Under the pieces are notes generated by a model. That model saw only the letters and a program-made list of their open reading frames with translations. It was not told the DNA's origin and searched no databases. A stretch of DNA of 64,000 nucleotides from assembly GCA_951406725.2 (NCBI GenBank), contig OX597819.1, forward strand, positions 63,736,001-63,800,000. Direction: 5' to 3'. Both the position numbers and the translations under genes were made by a program. Shown here piece by piece: positions 16,330 through 31,639 of this stretch (positions are counted from its first letter, which is position 1; each line of letters starts with the position of its first letter). The stretch comes from Octopus vulgaris (lineage: Eukaryota).

Positions 16330-18131
16330 ACAACGAATATAGAATTGCAATGCAAAACTATTTTAGCATTGCTCTGCTTCAACACTTTTCAGTTCCCTTT
16401 TTGATCATTCCAAGTGCTCCTACAATTACAGGTATTGTCCCCGTCTTGAGATATCAAATATTTTCGATTTCTATATGAAAAGCTTTATATTTTCTGAGCT
16501 TATCAATATCTTTTGTCGAGATACTTTGGTCGCAGAGTTTGCTCATATTTTGATCTTTCTCAACAATATCTGTTTTTTTTTTATTTGACGGTCCTATCTG
16601 TACATACTGGGAAGTTCCAATGGGTTTTCTCCCTCTGTTACAGCTTCAGAGTGGTGATTGTACCATTTATCAGCAGTTTTGATTTTATAATGCTGACACA
16701 TTATCCAGTGTAGATATTGGCCAACTCTGTCATGTCTTGATTTGTACTTTACAGGTGTTAAAACCTTACATACATCCAGAGATTAGGTGATCCACTGTTT
16801 CTATCCCATCGTTGCAGTATCGGCACTTTGGGTCCAAACCATTATTTTTCATGACATTGGTTAGATAGCTCCTGGGCAATTAGCTCTGACCTTGGTCAGC
16901 TAAGATAAAGCCTTCACTGTCTGCATTTAGTCCTGAGATCCGTAACCACTGATAGGTGTGCTTATGGTGTACATCAGTTTGTTTACTACGTGCCACATAT
17001 TTGCAATGCAGAGGTTTTTGTTCCTACCTATCAGCCGATTGTTCAAACGCATTTTCTTTTTTTGCTATTGATTTCACCATCTTTGAAATTACAGTTGCTA
17101 CACTTCCATCATGATGCTCAACCTGGATATTATGGGTAGGTAAACAAGATTTCCGTCTGCCTTTGGGTGGTGCATTTTATTACGTGCATTTAACTCGGAT
17201 TTTAGGACTGCTCGAATTCTCCTTAAACACTTGATCTTCTCTTTCATACTTGCATGCTGAATACCAGAACCCTAATTTATTCCGAGGTATTTATTCCGAG
17301 TTTGTTTCTGCTCGATTTCTTTTATGACTGTGTCAACATCCAAATCCACCAAACGTGAGGTCTTCAGTTTCTCTTTCTGGAAAATGGTCTTGACACATTT
17401 ATCAAGACCAAATACCTTCCCAATGTCATCGCTGAATGCTTTTATAGTACGGAGTAGTCCTTCAAGCTCATTATCGTATTTGCCATAGAGTTTTAAGATT
17501 ATCCATATAGAATAGATGACTTATTTTATTTTCGCCAATTATATACCCTGTTCTGTTAAGTTCACTTGTAAGGGGCTATGCAGAAAATTAAAGGTGAATG
17601 TGCATCCCCTGGTAGAATGCTACAGTTGATATTAATATTTTTTTGTGGTCAGTATTTCATTAGAGTGGTATAGTTAGAGATTCGTATTCCACGTTGATAT
17701 GTTGTGCTTCAGGAAGTTTGAAAAACGGGAGAAGGTTTGAAGATAACAAGCAATTTCAAGATACATGAATACGGTATGCTGTCGAAGGCCTTTTCATAAT
17801 CAATCCATGCAGAACTGAGATTTCTGCTTTTGTTATAACAGTTCCCAAGGATCTTGCGATTGATTAAGTGTTGGTCTTTGCATCTATATGAACTACGGCG
17901 ACACCCCTTTTGGTCAGTGGGGAAAATATCATTCTGTTCCGTAAATTTGTATGTTTTCTCCATGAGGATGGACGTAAAAATTTTATACGTGGTTATAGAC
18001 ATGTTATGGGCTGATAGTTTTGGGGAGATTTAGTTTCGATTATTCTTCGGGAGTAGGTAAGTAATGCCTCTTGCTAACCAAACAGGTATTTTAGTAGGAT
18101 CTCTCATAATTTCGTTGAATAACTGAGCTAA

Positions 18132-18132
<1 letters not shown>
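16330..18132 (-). mobile_element. R4/Dong-clade retrotransposon remnant (5'-truncated RT + RLE, degenerate)
   Basis: TTYKIFTSIL, DQKGCRR..CKDQHLIN, AWIDYEKAFDSIPY, HLFYMDNLKLY and FGLDKC motifs with stops and frameshifts. The 5' end abuts (TTA)n at 18133-18207. Confidence 0.85.
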
Positions 18133-18207
<75 letters not shown>

Positions 18208-18599
18208 GTTGTTGTTATTTAAAGCAATTTCATTCTGCCCTATACAAATTAATTATTATAGTTTCCTTACTGAAACTTTGCCCGTCAAAGGCCAGTTGGC
18301 TAAATGGAGAGGAAGAGGAATCCAAGATGACTCCCGAAAACTGGGCTGCTATTGGTGAAGGCGGGCCACATGGTGTTATGAGAAGTGGAATCGAAATTAC
18401 AGCGACAGCAGATCCATTAATTAGGATATTTTATTTGGACAGAAAACTGGTAGCACCCCACTGTCTGGCTGCTCATTGAAGGAACTAATGCGACATCGGA
18501 TCCACGACCGGTGCATCTGCGTGTAAGTCAGCTTGTGGATGAGAACTGATGGCATTAGCTGGTTTCGGATTCACTGCTTGGCGCTGACACTGTAGGTGA

Positions 18600-18890
18600 G
18601 TGCCTTTTAGTATAAGGCTCGGGCGGACCGAAGCCATTTGAATGGATTTGGTAGGCGGATACTGAAAGAAGCCCATCGTATATATATATGTGTGTGTGTG
18701 TGTGTGTCAGTGTATGTGTATGTCCTCAACCACCCATTGATAAAGGCTAGTGTTATGTTTATGTCCCCGTAACTTAGCGGTTCGGTAAAAGTAACCGATA
18801 AAATAAGTACTAAGCTTTAAGCAATAAGTCCTAGAATCGATTTGTTTGATTTAATATTCTTCAAGGCGATGCTTTGAAGTAAAAACGACT
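18600..18890 (+). mobile_element. Octopus-type SINE, 5'-truncated
   Basis: GGATTTGGTAGGCGGATACTGAAAGAAGCCC...CCCCGTAACTTAGCGGTTCGG matches the 3716-4265 family. Confidence 0.75.
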
Positions 18891-18900
18891 GAAAGAGTAT

Positions 18901-18973
<73 letters not shown>

Positions 18974-19813
18974 TGTGTGTATATGTGTGTATATTGTTAT
19001 ATAGTGTAACGGTTTTACAGATATATATCTGCAATTCATAAAAAAAAAAATCATTTAAATGAAAAGTTATTTTTTGATTTAATGTGTCTCTAAACTTCAT
19101 CCCGTGTAAAGCAATAAAACTGTATCCTTCATAAAACCTGACTGAAAGAAAAAAACAAAAAATGTTAATTTGCTCACCATTACGAGGTATTGTTTCTTCT
19201 GTCGGCTAACTATGGTGTCTTTGAGCGCTAGAATACGTATACATTTATTAAACGTATCGTATTTAGTTTCCGTATATTTATTTCTAAACTCATATATTAT
19301 CACTGTTCTGTGTATGTATATGCACGTGCTAGCGTGTCTGCTTGAGAGTGTATAACTCACAGCTTACTCATTAGATAGAGAAGATAACCACGATTAAAAT
19401 AAACAACGAAATAAGGGAAGAATTGGAATATCATTGATTTTCTAATATTTTTAATATACCAGCTCGGTGTTAGATTATATATTGCTTGGAGATAGTTATT
19501 GCGTTGCTTTGTTTCATTAAATATATTAAATATATTAAATCAATTTAATGACTGAAAGTTAAGCGTTAAAGGGACATAAAACTGCGTACATCTCCTAATA
19601 TATAAGCAACTCAATAACAAATACGCATTGACACTGTCAGTTATACTTACGTATATGTATAATAAAACGTTCATATCTTCAGAAGGAAAGCTAAACAAAT
19701 ACAACTCGTTAAACAGATTTATATAGGTATATATTCAGATACACATTCAGTGATAGACATGTTTCTACTATGACAAGATAGTGCCGAATTGAAGTATGCG
19801 GGTATATCAAAAC

Positions 19814-19848
<35 letters not shown>

Positions 19849-21426
19849 ATATACACACATGTATACATATATACACATACATATACATACACACAAATAT
19901 ATATGTATATATATGTAATATATATATATGTATATATGTGTGTGCGTATGTATATGTATGTATTTGTATTTGTATACACAGGTATGTGTTTATGTGTGTT
20001 ATTGTGAGTGCGTGTGTGAGTGTAAGTATGTGTGTGTGTGTGTGAGTGTGGACACATGTATTAATGTTTTGCCGGAGAATAACGGCAAAATAATCAATGT
20101 AACTTTCTCTTAATTACCGAAATTTAAGTGACATATTGTCTCGTATATAAATGTATAACTGTTAATGAACGTACTGTTAATTGAATTATTTCGAAGCGTA
20201 TCTGCAGTGATGTGTGTATGTATGTATGTATGTATGTATGTATGTATGTATGTATGTATGTATACCTGCATGTATGTCTGTCTCTATGCATGTATTTTAT
20301 ATATGCATGTGTGTGTAGGTGTAAATATCGGTAGACATATATATATATATATATATATGTGCGTGTGTGCGTGTACATATAGGTACTTATATGTATATGA
20401 ATATATGTATATATATATATATATATATATGCATATGTGTGTGTGTGTGTGTGCAAAGAAACGCTCTCACACATGTGCGCGTACACAAACATGCGCTCAC
20501 AAACAAAAGACAACGCTGAGTATACAAAACAAAATGCTAAACAACTTTCATATGTAACTTACAGAAGCCATCTCAGCTCCAAGCGAAAATAAAGATTCGT
20601 CTACACGTAAATTGAACGGAGTGACTGTGAGAATAAGAGATAAACTTCCTCGAAAATATTACATGACTTTGATGAAACGTCAGTCTGTTTTTCTTATATG
20701 CTTAATATGTCTTTCTAAATTCTTATGAATAACAATGAATGCGTGTCTGTCCTGCTACAAGCAGCATGAATACCGTGAGTTTATGACGTAGAGAAATACA
20801 TATATGAATGCATAAAAGCACAATGAACGCAATTTAGCTTGCTATATAGCCATAAATGTGTATGAATTACGCCGTCTGGATCCTATAAAGATAACGAAAG
20901 CTAAGGTATATTCGCGATCTATCTTGCCAACCTCTTTGAAAAACTTTAATCTCTTATGTCCAATATACAGTATTCTCTGTATATCACTGGATGAGTTTCA
21001 GTCTCATAAGATAAAGAGACATCAGAAATGGTGAAGAAAAAATAATAGATACAGGAGTTGTACCATTTAATTTCTGTACGTTTCATGTTTGGGTGAGTTG
21101 CATTAATCGGATTAACAGCACTGAGTGCATTGCCACACCAGCCAAATAGCACGACTAGTCCTTCAGGAAATTCAAGAAAGATAATTACCAGTAATTAGAA
21201 CAAAATGTTGAAGCAATTATTACGAAAAATGTGTCAACGTAACTGTAGAAATAAAAATAATAAAAAACCTGCCGAGATGGTTAAGAAAGGCGAGGGAAGA
21301 GGAATACCCCGAAACGGAAAAAAATGTATTTTTGTTAATGCTGTCATAGAATAATTCAATATTTTTAAATATATTTAAACACACAGTCACAAACTACACT
21401 CCCGCATTGAATTAATCTTACTATTA

Positions 21427-21507
<81 letters not shown>

Positions 21508-22623
21508 GTAACCCATCCCGCTCAAAAGGTCCCTGAATAAGGGTTGTTTAAGTATGTTGAACGAACCACCCATGTTCCCAGTATTGTTGTTGTTGGTGGT
21601 GTTGTCGTCGTCGTCTTCGTTCTTCTTCGTTCTTCTTCTTCTTCTTTTCTTCTTCTTCTTCCTCATCTTGTTATATCAGAATGGTCGTCATATTTCGATT
21701 GAATTTTAGCCGCTCTCGTTTAGTCTTTTGCAACGGCCCCATGAACAAATTTACGTTAGCCTGGTTGTCAAATACACTCCTTTTCATCTTATATCGCTCT
21801 GTTTCTTCCTTTCCTAGTTTTTCACTTCTTGTTGATTTCTCACCATTTTATAACAAAGTGGCATGAGAACATGAAAACAACCAAGTTAGATCGTGCAGCG
21901 GATGCCTTTTGCGGATACTTTATTTTTAGGGGGTGTTTTTGAGATTTCAGTCCATTTTTAATATCCCAAAGGAGCGTGGAAACTAATAAGAATACTTCTC
22001 AAAATATCCAAATATGTGGGGAAAATTCGTAGCAAAATTCACCATCGATCCATTCATTCTCTAGCATCTATATTTATTTTTTATTTAAAATTAATTCTCT
22101 TCTCTTTTACTAGGCTATTTTCCATTATATAAGGAACTTTCCATAGTATTTGTTTTGATTTTCTATTCTCTCGTAGCCATTGTGTGTTATATTTTATGTC
22201 TTACAAGCACCATGCATCTTAGGAACTGCAAAATGATTGATTGACATGCATGTTTACGCGAAAATATTATTGCGGAATATGCATTGAATAAAGAAAGGCA
22301 TTCAATATCCTGCGGTCACGAAACCATCTGAGGAATACATATTGTGTGAATGACAATTGCTTCAAAAGAGATTATATTCAACCGTATTTTTTTCTTGTAT
22401 TTGTTACGTTGATTTCGTAAGGCTGGCTCAAAAAATATTAAGGTATTAGCAGGTTCCTTTGTGCAACAGTGTTTCACAAGAGCAGTAATGACTTTGTCGA
22501 ATAAAGGGTTCTGACGTATCATACTTTGTGTGAAGCAGGCGTTTAATTTTCCTCTCATTAAAATGCTTCTTTATTGTATTAATTAGATGTCCACATTTGT
22601 AAGACCTAAGCGCACAATTATTC

Positions 22624-22707
<84 letters not shown>

Positions 22708-22856
22708 CATGCATACATATATGTATATACACATATATATATTTATATGCATACATATATATGTTATACTCATACATATAAGTATACATATATATACGCA
22801 TATCACGTACATATATACACATATCCAAATATATATATATTATATATATACACACA

Positions 22857-22893
<37 letters not shown>

Positions 22894-22908
22894 TTATATA
22901 TATATGTA

Positions 22909-22963
<55 letters not shown>

Positions 22964-24043
22964 ATGGCGACGAGCTTTTGCGCACTTTCCGTCGACGATT
23001 CCCCTCACGATGCATTGTTCATCTCGAGATGTGAACTTAGTCTAAATTGATGAAATGAAAACATTATAAGAGAATATTTTCCCTTTATTTCCCTTTATTT
23101 ATGTATTGTGTACATTGCCTAACATTATTGTTGTTGATTAACTTCGGTATACTCCGAAAATAATCCTACATAAATATGCGTTGCTATTTCAGGCATAGTA
23201 CATTTACAGTCGTAAGAAGAAGGCTTGATAATTGTACAGTTCATAGAATATCTCACAATTAACTGTACGTCATAATGTGCCAAAATATATTGTGCTTTGG
23301 ACTTTCTCCATCTTAGTTGTGATTTTAAGTTTCTATATCAACTCTGCATCAAATACTGTACCTATCAATATACTGCATGAGGCACGTTGAGGACTAAGTC
23401 CTGAGGTCCACATGCGTGCCATATAATATCTATTATATTTGACACAATAGTGAAACGATCAGTAATGTGGATACAAAAACAGGTTTGTCATCTAGATACC
23501 AAATAATAGTGAGCTAACTGTGCAAGTGTTTCCATAGTTTTACAGAATAATCTAACATATCTTAGCATTGCTTTAAGTAACTAGAAAAGCATTTCCCTTT
23601 ATCACGGCATCAGCACTCATTTTTGAAAACAGCCATTGGAGACATTTGGAAAAATGAAAAAAAAAAGAAATGCAAATTGCTTAATGTAGAACGATGTCTG
23701 GAGATTGTGGAAGATTTTAGATAATTCTTAAATAAATTTGTAAAGAATGTATTTTCTTTTAATCATTCTGATCGTAATTCTAATTCCGAAGAAATGCAAG
23801 AAAAAACTGAAGAAGCATGTTATTTTTCCTGAGATATATTTCAATTCATTATAATTTGAGACGGTCACTAACGACCTGATAAGACATATTTAAGGAAAGA
23901 AACTTCCAGCTACTGTGAATATGAACGTGTATGTGGCAAGTTTCGTATGTCTGAGTGCATGGAATTAATTTCAACGTATTTGCGTATTTGTGTATATGAA
24001 AATATGCTGGCGATTATTTAATGCTTGTACACACACACACACT

Positions 24044-24080
<37 letters not shown>

Positions 24081-24329
24081 GCACAATATTCATTCTTTGT
24101 GCATGTTGTATGCATTTATGTATGTTGATTTGTATTTATGTTAATATGTTTGGCATATTGATTTATACGACAGTCTTTTTTAGCAATCATATAAAGCCAT
24201 TTGAAATGAGTTAGAAAGCATTACTGCAAATCTAACTGATGTAATGTGGCGCAATGAGTTGGACTCCTTTAGAATATACAAACTTTTTCAATATCTAAAT
24301 CCACTGTGGGAGGAGGTATTGATGAATTA

Positions 24330-25623
24330 TTAGGTTGTCAAGGAATTTTTAATTTTGGTTGTAAATGATGTAATTTCAAATTATTTTTTCAAAATTTCTT
24401 TGAGTTTGTATATTATTTTAAACCCCGTTTTTCGCTCTATCTAATCGTGTTACACTTTTTTATTTTGGATAATTAGGTCATTTTCTCCAGATTGTTGAAT
24501 ACAACATGGACAAAATGTAAATTCGCACAATTTTCTTGTTCCAGTTCAAGCTAGGTCAAAAAGCTGCTGAAACAGCTCGCGATATCAATGATGCGTTTGG
24601 TCCAGGAACCACTAATGAACGTAGAGCACAATGATGATACAAGAAATTTCGTAGCGGTGACGAGAGTCTTGAAGATGTTAAGCGTAGTGGTCGGCCATCG
24701 GATGTTGACAACGATCAACTAAGAGCCTCAATCGAAGCCAATCCACGCGCAACTGTTCGAGAGCTTGCTTCTGAATTAGACGTAACGTACACGACAATTT
24801 CCAACCACTTGAAAGAGATTGGAAAAGCAAACTACGTGAGAAATGGGTGCCGCATGAATTGAACGAAACCCCTCCCCCAAATAAAGAAAAAGAAGAAGAA
24901 AAAAGGAAAACCGCCGTTTTGAAGTGTCATCTTCCTTTCTTTTACGCAACAAGAATGACTTGTTTCTCGACCGGATTGTAACTTGTGATGAAAAGTGGGT
25001 TCATAACCACAACCGGCGACGCTCAGCTCTGTGGATGGTCGCCAACGAAGCTCCACGGCACTTCCCAAACCCAAAGTTGCACTAAACGAAGGTCATGGTG
25101 ATTGTTTGGTGGTCTGCGGCTGGTCTCATCCATCACAGATTACTGTATCTAGACAAAACCATTACGGCGGTGAGGTACTGTCAGCAAATGGACGAAATGC
25201 ATAAGAAACTCAGACAACAGCTAGCATTGGTCAATAGAAAGGGACCAATTCTTCTCCACGACAACGCTCGGCCGCACGTCGCACGACTGACTATGCAGAA
25301 TTTGAACGAATTGGGCTACGAAACTATGCCTTATGCGCCATACTCACCAGATCTCTCGCCTACCGACTGCCATTTTTCAAGCATCTCGATAACATTCTGC
25401 ATGAGGAATGCTTCAAAAACCAAGATGATGCCAAACACGCCTTCAACGACTTCATCACCACCAACACGCAGTATTTGTACGCTGCTGGCATAAACTTGTT
25501 TCGTGTTGGCAAATATGTGTTGATTCCGATGGTGTCTATTTCGATTAATAAAGTTTTGCTTGAGCCGGAATATGTGCATCTGAATTTAAAAGTTAAAAAC
25601 CACAAGAACTCTTGACAACATAA
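24330..25623 (+). mobile_element. Full-length degenerate mariner transposon (~1.29 kb)
   Basis: TIRs TTAGGTTGTCAAGGAATT / AAGAACTCTTGACAACATAA, TA on both sides, transposase remnants inside. Confidence 0.9.
24506..25548 (+). pseudogene. Mariner transposase pseudogene (D,D34D type)
   Basis: FKLGQKAAETARDINDAFG, RSGRPSDVD, WVPHEL, RIVTCDEKW, LLHDNARPH and PYSPDLSPTD motifs, with multiple stops and frameshifts. Confidence 0.9.
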
Positions 25624-26533
25624 TATTATCAAAGGTAAAGAAAAAAAAGAATTGAGAGGCATAATAGAAAAGTCCTAATCATTTACACTAGTATACATCA
25701 AATTCTACTTTAATCATAAATTTGTTGGTGAAATTCACTTCCCCAGAATAGCCAATCTCTAGAAGCGGTTAAAGGATTCGTTAGCATAAATTTTTTAGCC
25801 GCAGAAAATTCGTTGTAAGAAATTTCATTTTAAATGACATTTTTACCTCCATTTTAATGTTTTTTGCTCAATAAAGCCATGCCTATTTAACGCTTTTATC
25901 ATGGTTTTTCCGTTTTTAAGTAAATAAATAATGCTTGTATAATACGCATTATCATCTTCCATACGGCGCATTTGTTTTATGCTATTTTCATAAATGGCGA
26001 AATTTGTTACGATAAATTTTCTGGTTACAATGGCTCTCATTTTATTTGGGGCTCTATCCTCCAAATCTGGGCTATAAGTATTTACCAATGAGAAATTCGG
26101 TCTCCTTTGTGAAAAACATTGGCCTATCATATATGTACACTTATTTAAGCGTTCTAGTTTTATCTCCACAACTATTCTATTCTATTACGACGACTCCAGT
26201 ACGCAATTTATCGACCCCGAAACGTTGAAAGCCAAAACAGACCTCGGCAGAATAGCACAAGTGCATATATTGATGCAGGATCAAATGAAGTTATTGCTTA
26301 AATAAACTTAGCAAGCATTCATATTGCATATAATTCAAATATTAATTATAATATTCTCTCTACTTCTACACAAATGGAAACAAAAGTACATTTACATATA
26401 CATAAGTAATAGAGAAAAAGCTATATACCGCATCGTAATAGAAAACATACATCTCCTCCAACTCCTGGTAGATTTCTTCCTGTCCTTCTCTCTTTCTCTC
26501 TTTCATATGTATGTATGTATCTTTCTCTCTCTC

Positions 26534-26594
<61 letters not shown>

Positions 26595-26605
26595 GCACAC
26601 ACTCT

Positions 26606-26644
<39 letters not shown>

Positions 26645-27518
26645 CATAGATGCATAAATACATACAGCACACATATATACATCCATTTATACATGCGTGT
26701 ATGTGTGCGGACACAAAAATAAACTGAATATTACACATCGTTTATATTGTAATGAATTAAATTAATCTCAAAATATTTCCATAACTCACTTAAAAAAGCA
26801 AAAAAAAAACAAACAAAAAAAACAGAAGTAATAATATGTACTTTAAATATTCAAATATTGACAAATATATTTTTACAAACAGAGACATTTAAATTATAAA
26901 TAAATATCATAATGAATTGTCGAATTAAACTTGGATTATAATTGTTTCAATAAATTATCTTTGTTTGTTCCTTGTTATCCTGTTGTGTTTTCCGCTTATT
27001 GTTCTACAGAAAGATGCTCGATTGTCAGCTGCCGTATTTCCTCTCATCTATCCAAATGTTGAAGTGTCAGAATTTATCTCATGTCATTTGAAAATTCTTT
27101 TGTATGAAATTGAGGATGGAATTGGAATCCCTTGGGGGTATGTTGCAATTGTATAACAGACAAAAAAATGGGAGAAAGAAAGACGCTATAATGACGCTAC
27201 AATTCCTCCATCGCGTCATAAATTGATTGTGATGATTGTAGAAAATTAATGAGCGACATTGTCAGAAAATTTAGATGCTCGAGTGGAATATGAAACTATC
27301 GTGTACGCTGATATTCGATTGAAATTATATTGTGGGTTCGAGTCCCACGTGTACGAGAAACCCTTCTTTTTTCTGTCGATGACTTAAATACCCCATTATT
27401 AGATTATTATTCTTAGTCATTTGCACAGTGATCGGTTTAAGCATTAAACTTATAAAAAAATACCACTACTATAATTCACAGAGTTGTGAAACTCGACACC
27501 GATGAACAAAACCATTAA

Positions 27519-27585
<67 letters not shown>

Positions 27586-27739
27586 TCAATATTATATTTC
27601 TGCCCTTTTTCTTTTTATACTTTAACATCTGTCCTTAAACATCAATCAATTATAATTTACAAAACGCCGAAACACTACGTAACATAATTAAGCAACAATT
27701 TAGCGAAGTAAAATAAGATCCAATCTATTTTTTCCTGTA

Positions 27740-28440
27740 TAGTGATCCACTACTCTCCGTTGTCGGTGGGATCTATGCACTGTACATACCTCTGGTTGTG
27801 TGTAACCGCTCCTCCAGACGGCGCGCGGCAGCAGTCTCTAGCACGGGTCTAATACGAAAGACGTGTTGCGTGTTTCATCCTCAGCTACATTTTTTTTTAT
27901 TTGTGATCGTAATAGTGATGACCTAGACCAAAATGTCGGTTGATACACCTGAGAAAAATAAAAGAGCATCACATTCTTTGGAGACCAAGATCAAAATTTT
28001 GGATCGTCTTCCCAAGGTCGAAAGTGCAGCGTTCTAGGTTGGAGCTTTCTGCCTGGACGGAGCTACGATAAGAACGACCAAATGGAATGATGCTGCCATG
28101 TGAAAACCTGTAGCTTCTGGAACAAAATTATCTGCGAAGTCGTCGTCATATGCAAAAGACATGTTTCAAGATAAAATAGAGAAAGCTTTAATAATATGGG
28201 TAGAAGTAAACAATCAAAAATGGATACCAGTAGATGGTAAAACCATAAAATAGATGGTATTATGATTTTACAAGAAGATTACTGACCTGGAGTCATCAAG
28301 TGCGTTACATTTGTCTAGTGATAAAAAGAAGACTGAATTATTTGCTGCAAGTACGGGATGGCTTACAAAATTCCTCGAAAGACTGCAAAATATAAAAATG
28401 AGAGGTGAAATTTCATCGGCGGGTAAGACTGCTGCTGAAT
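27740..28440 (+). mobile_element. Tigger/pogo transposon 5' remnant (CENP-B-type HTH)
   Basis: HSLETKIKILDRL, ATIRT, IEKALIIWVE, IPVDGK and FAASTGWL.KFL motifs with frameshifts; TAGTGATCC TIR-like start. Confidence 0.75.
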
Positions 28441-28559
28441 CTTCATACTTATAAATTACATTTCGATTCCTAAGCTTTTATATCTGCTCAGAGTCAACTC
28501 CTCTCATCGATTCCCGTCTTGCCTCCAACGCATCGACCACCTAATCTTTGGGAGACTCG

Positions 28560-28930
28560 AATGCTTGGTCAATGCCAGGCTTTCTCCAACGCATTACGAA
28601 CACCAAGGGATCTTGGTGTTCTTAAGTGTTCGGTGCTATCACTCCCCTGCTACCTTTTGTCCACTCACACCTTCTCCACCCTGGTGAGCAACATCCTCTC
28701 CTCTCCAACTTGGACCAGTTCCAACAGGAAGTTGGATAAGGCTCTCTAACACTGGAGTGAATTGCGCTTGTCTGCTGTTGAGAAGGTGGAGGACTGTCGG
28801 AGTCAGAGAGATTGGAGCGACATAATTTCGACAACAACCTTCAACTCCCTCTTCATTCAGTCAGAGCAGCTTTCAAGGTGCCACTTGATGTCTGCTAGAG
28901 CCAAATACTCAGGGGATTAGGTTGAGGCAT
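28560..28930 (+). mobile_element. Possible CRE-like non-LTR retrotransposon remnant
   Basis: RDLGVLKCSVLSLPCYLLS..LVSNIL and LMSARAKYSGD resemble the post-RT GGLG...LP..LSS and ARL....SG.WL motifs. Recognised by eye only. Confidence 0.4.
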
Positions 28931-29036
28931 AGAATTCAAGCTGTAATTACTGCCAAGGCGGTCCTACCTATATTAAAATAAATTTGTCCAACGGTTAGTA
29001 AGGAGAGACACAAATAAGAAAGAAGAAAACAAAGAA

Positions 29037-29076
29037 CCACTGATGCGGTCACAGGAGTGTGACGAAAGAACTCTGG
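29037..29076 (+). ncRNA. Minimal type I hammerhead ribozyme (core variant CTGATGC) in a PLE-like terminal repeat
   Basis: CCA-CTGATGCG-GTCACA-GGAG-TGTGAC-GAAAG-AA-CTC-TGG. Confidence 0.55.
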
Positions 29077-29192
29077 CCGAAATAAGTTTAAGATTAATGT
29101 AAAGAATAAATAACACTGAAGCAAAATAACACCAAATATATAGTGCGTGTGTTTTTATTGGCTAAACTGGTAATATGACCATTCCGAAATAT

Positions 29193-29234
<42 letters not shown>

Positions 29235-29488
29235 CAATATATATATAGTTTGAATTTACAAAAGAAAAAGAAAACAAAAGACAAAGATGGATGTGTAAAC
29301 AGCAAACAGATGTATTACTTTAACGCTCGGGAAGTGCTATTCAGCACAAAAACACAGGATTAAGCAGAGAGAGAAAATAAAAATGTTAGTGGCTAGCGAT
29401 CAATCATGGCCTCCCTCATTCTTCATATGTATATATATATTATATATAAATATATATATATTAATATATATATATATGTTATATACAA

Positions 29489-29538
<50 letters not shown>

Positions 29539-29910
29539 TTTTAAATATTTGTTGTGCAAGATTTTTAATGTGAAGTCGTGTGTTGAAACAGATATTGTTA
29601 TATTTCGGAATGGTCATATTGCCAGTTTAGCCAATAAAAACACACGCACTATATATTTGGTGTTATTTTGCTTCAGTGATATTTATTTTTTTTTTGTTAG
29701 TGGCTAGCGATCAATCATGGCCTCCCTCATTCTTCATATGTATATATATATTATATATAAATATATTATATATAAATATATATATATTAATATATATATA
29801 TATGTTATATATTAATGTAAAAAATAAATATCACTGAAGCAAAATAACACCAAATATATAGTGCGTGTGTTTTTATTGGCTAAACTGGCAATATGACCAT
29901 TCCGAAATAT

Positions 29911-29957
<47 letters not shown>

Positions 29958-30039
29958 ATAACAATTTAATAAATAAAACATATGCATACATACATATATG
30001 TACATACATACATCTTTATGTATATATACATGCATATAT

Positions 30040-30899
30040 GAGTACAGGACACCACAAATAAACGTAGAACACAACGAGAAACGGAAACATAGAATCAAGC
30101 AAGGAAACGGACTTTTTTTAACAACGAAAAAACAGAGTACAAGACAAACAATACAAGGAATATTCTCCTTCATCAGCTACCCCTGTTTCGACTCAATGCG
30201 TGTTTCTAAGGTAAGAGCAGCACACGATCCGGCCGAAGCAGTCCTTCCTGTAAAATGAATTAAATAAAATTATTTTGCAGAGGGGTAAAAATAGTGACAA
30301 GAACAGGACGTAAAAGCAATACAAATGAAGAAAAACAGTACAAATAAAGAATACAAACATGACAAGGAAACCAATAAAAAGAGCTTTTTTAAGCCTAGAC
30401 TGTGGAAAAATTCGTTGGAACGCATTCTGAATATCGGCTCGAAAAATTTGGAGGGGTTAAGTAGCGCTACATTAAATAATGAGTAAAGAGCATATGCTAA
30501 ATACACAAACAAACGGGGAACAGACACAGACAGTCGCTTAACTCTCATAAGTTATCGCCCAGCAATTTATCACAGCTGAGGGACTATCCTGAAGGATTAA
30601 ACAGCAAAGCTGCATAGAAGGGAATCGAGAATATGTGACCGCTTGCTAAGCCAGCCGTTCGTGAGAAGAAAGGGATAAGATAATGACCACAGGTCACGCG
30701 GGGAAAATGGTAAATGGTAGTGTGAAACAGAAGTGACAGGCAAAAGAACGTGACCGATAGCAGCATAGAAGGAAGGTAAAAAGGACCGAAAGGGAGAGAG
30801 AATGTTTGTGTGAAAGTGAAAGAGGAAGAGTAACACGGTGTGAGTCGTAAAAAATATAGAGTACTTGTAAAAACATTTTTTTACTGAACGTAGCGTCGC

Positions 30900-30950
<51 letters not shown>

Positions 30951-31510
30951 GTATATATATATGTGTGTGTGTCTGTGTAGAAGGTCGAAAAGGAACATAT
31001 GAATTCATATATATAGGGAAAAAATTCAAGGTAGAAAATGCTAAAATAATTTAATGATAAAATCATTTTAGGGATGGTAGGATAGTAGTAGGATGTTAAA
31101 TGGTCAAAGGACCGAAACGTGAGTCGTTGTGGATTATAGCAGTGACTGAGACTCTTTTTAATGAATTCTTGGGTATCTCTTTTGAAAGTATCATTTTTAA
31201 TATTTGCGTGTGTGTTTATTCTAAGGTCGCGGTGGATATGTCATTTGTTGTGGATGCTTTCAAAAGGGGTCTGTATTGTGTAATAAAGCGGGATTCTTTA
31301 CTAATTCATTGCCTGCATGTTGTATCGTCTATGAATTGATAGAGAGGGAAAATTCTGAAGCCTGGATCTTTGTTGTTGGCGCAAGTGTCAATGTGATAGC
31401 TGACTGCAATTTTTGTGTTTGTTGGAGTTATCATCTAGGATCTGTGCAGAGCCATTCTGTGAGGTAGACTGTTTCTCTTTGGCCTATGTATTGCTCTTGA
31501 CACCCAGACA
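30040..31510 (-). mobile_element. Penelope-like element 3' remnant (GIY-YIG C-terminal half + 3' region)
   Basis: Minus strand 31510-31255 reads SGCQEQYIGQ / NSLPHRMALHRS...VSYHIDTCA..DPGFRIFPLYQF...KESRFITQYRPLL. The terminal part resembles 12510-12670. Confidence 0.75.
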
Positions 31511-31639
31511 CCCAGTAATCAAGAGAGACAAAGACAAGCAGAAACAAGGAAAATGACCCTTGTATTTGAATACTATGAAAATATTCTTTTAAAACACTTT
31601 TCTTTTAATTTTTCCAAAATTTAATTGTTTCCATACTTA

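Noticed and set aside
30165-30215. Permuted HHR-like motifs on the minus strand (GAAAC...CTGATGAAGG), also at ~12625-12670
   Set aside because: I could not form stem I and no GAAA follows the stem II hairpin, so this is not supportable without a family consensus.
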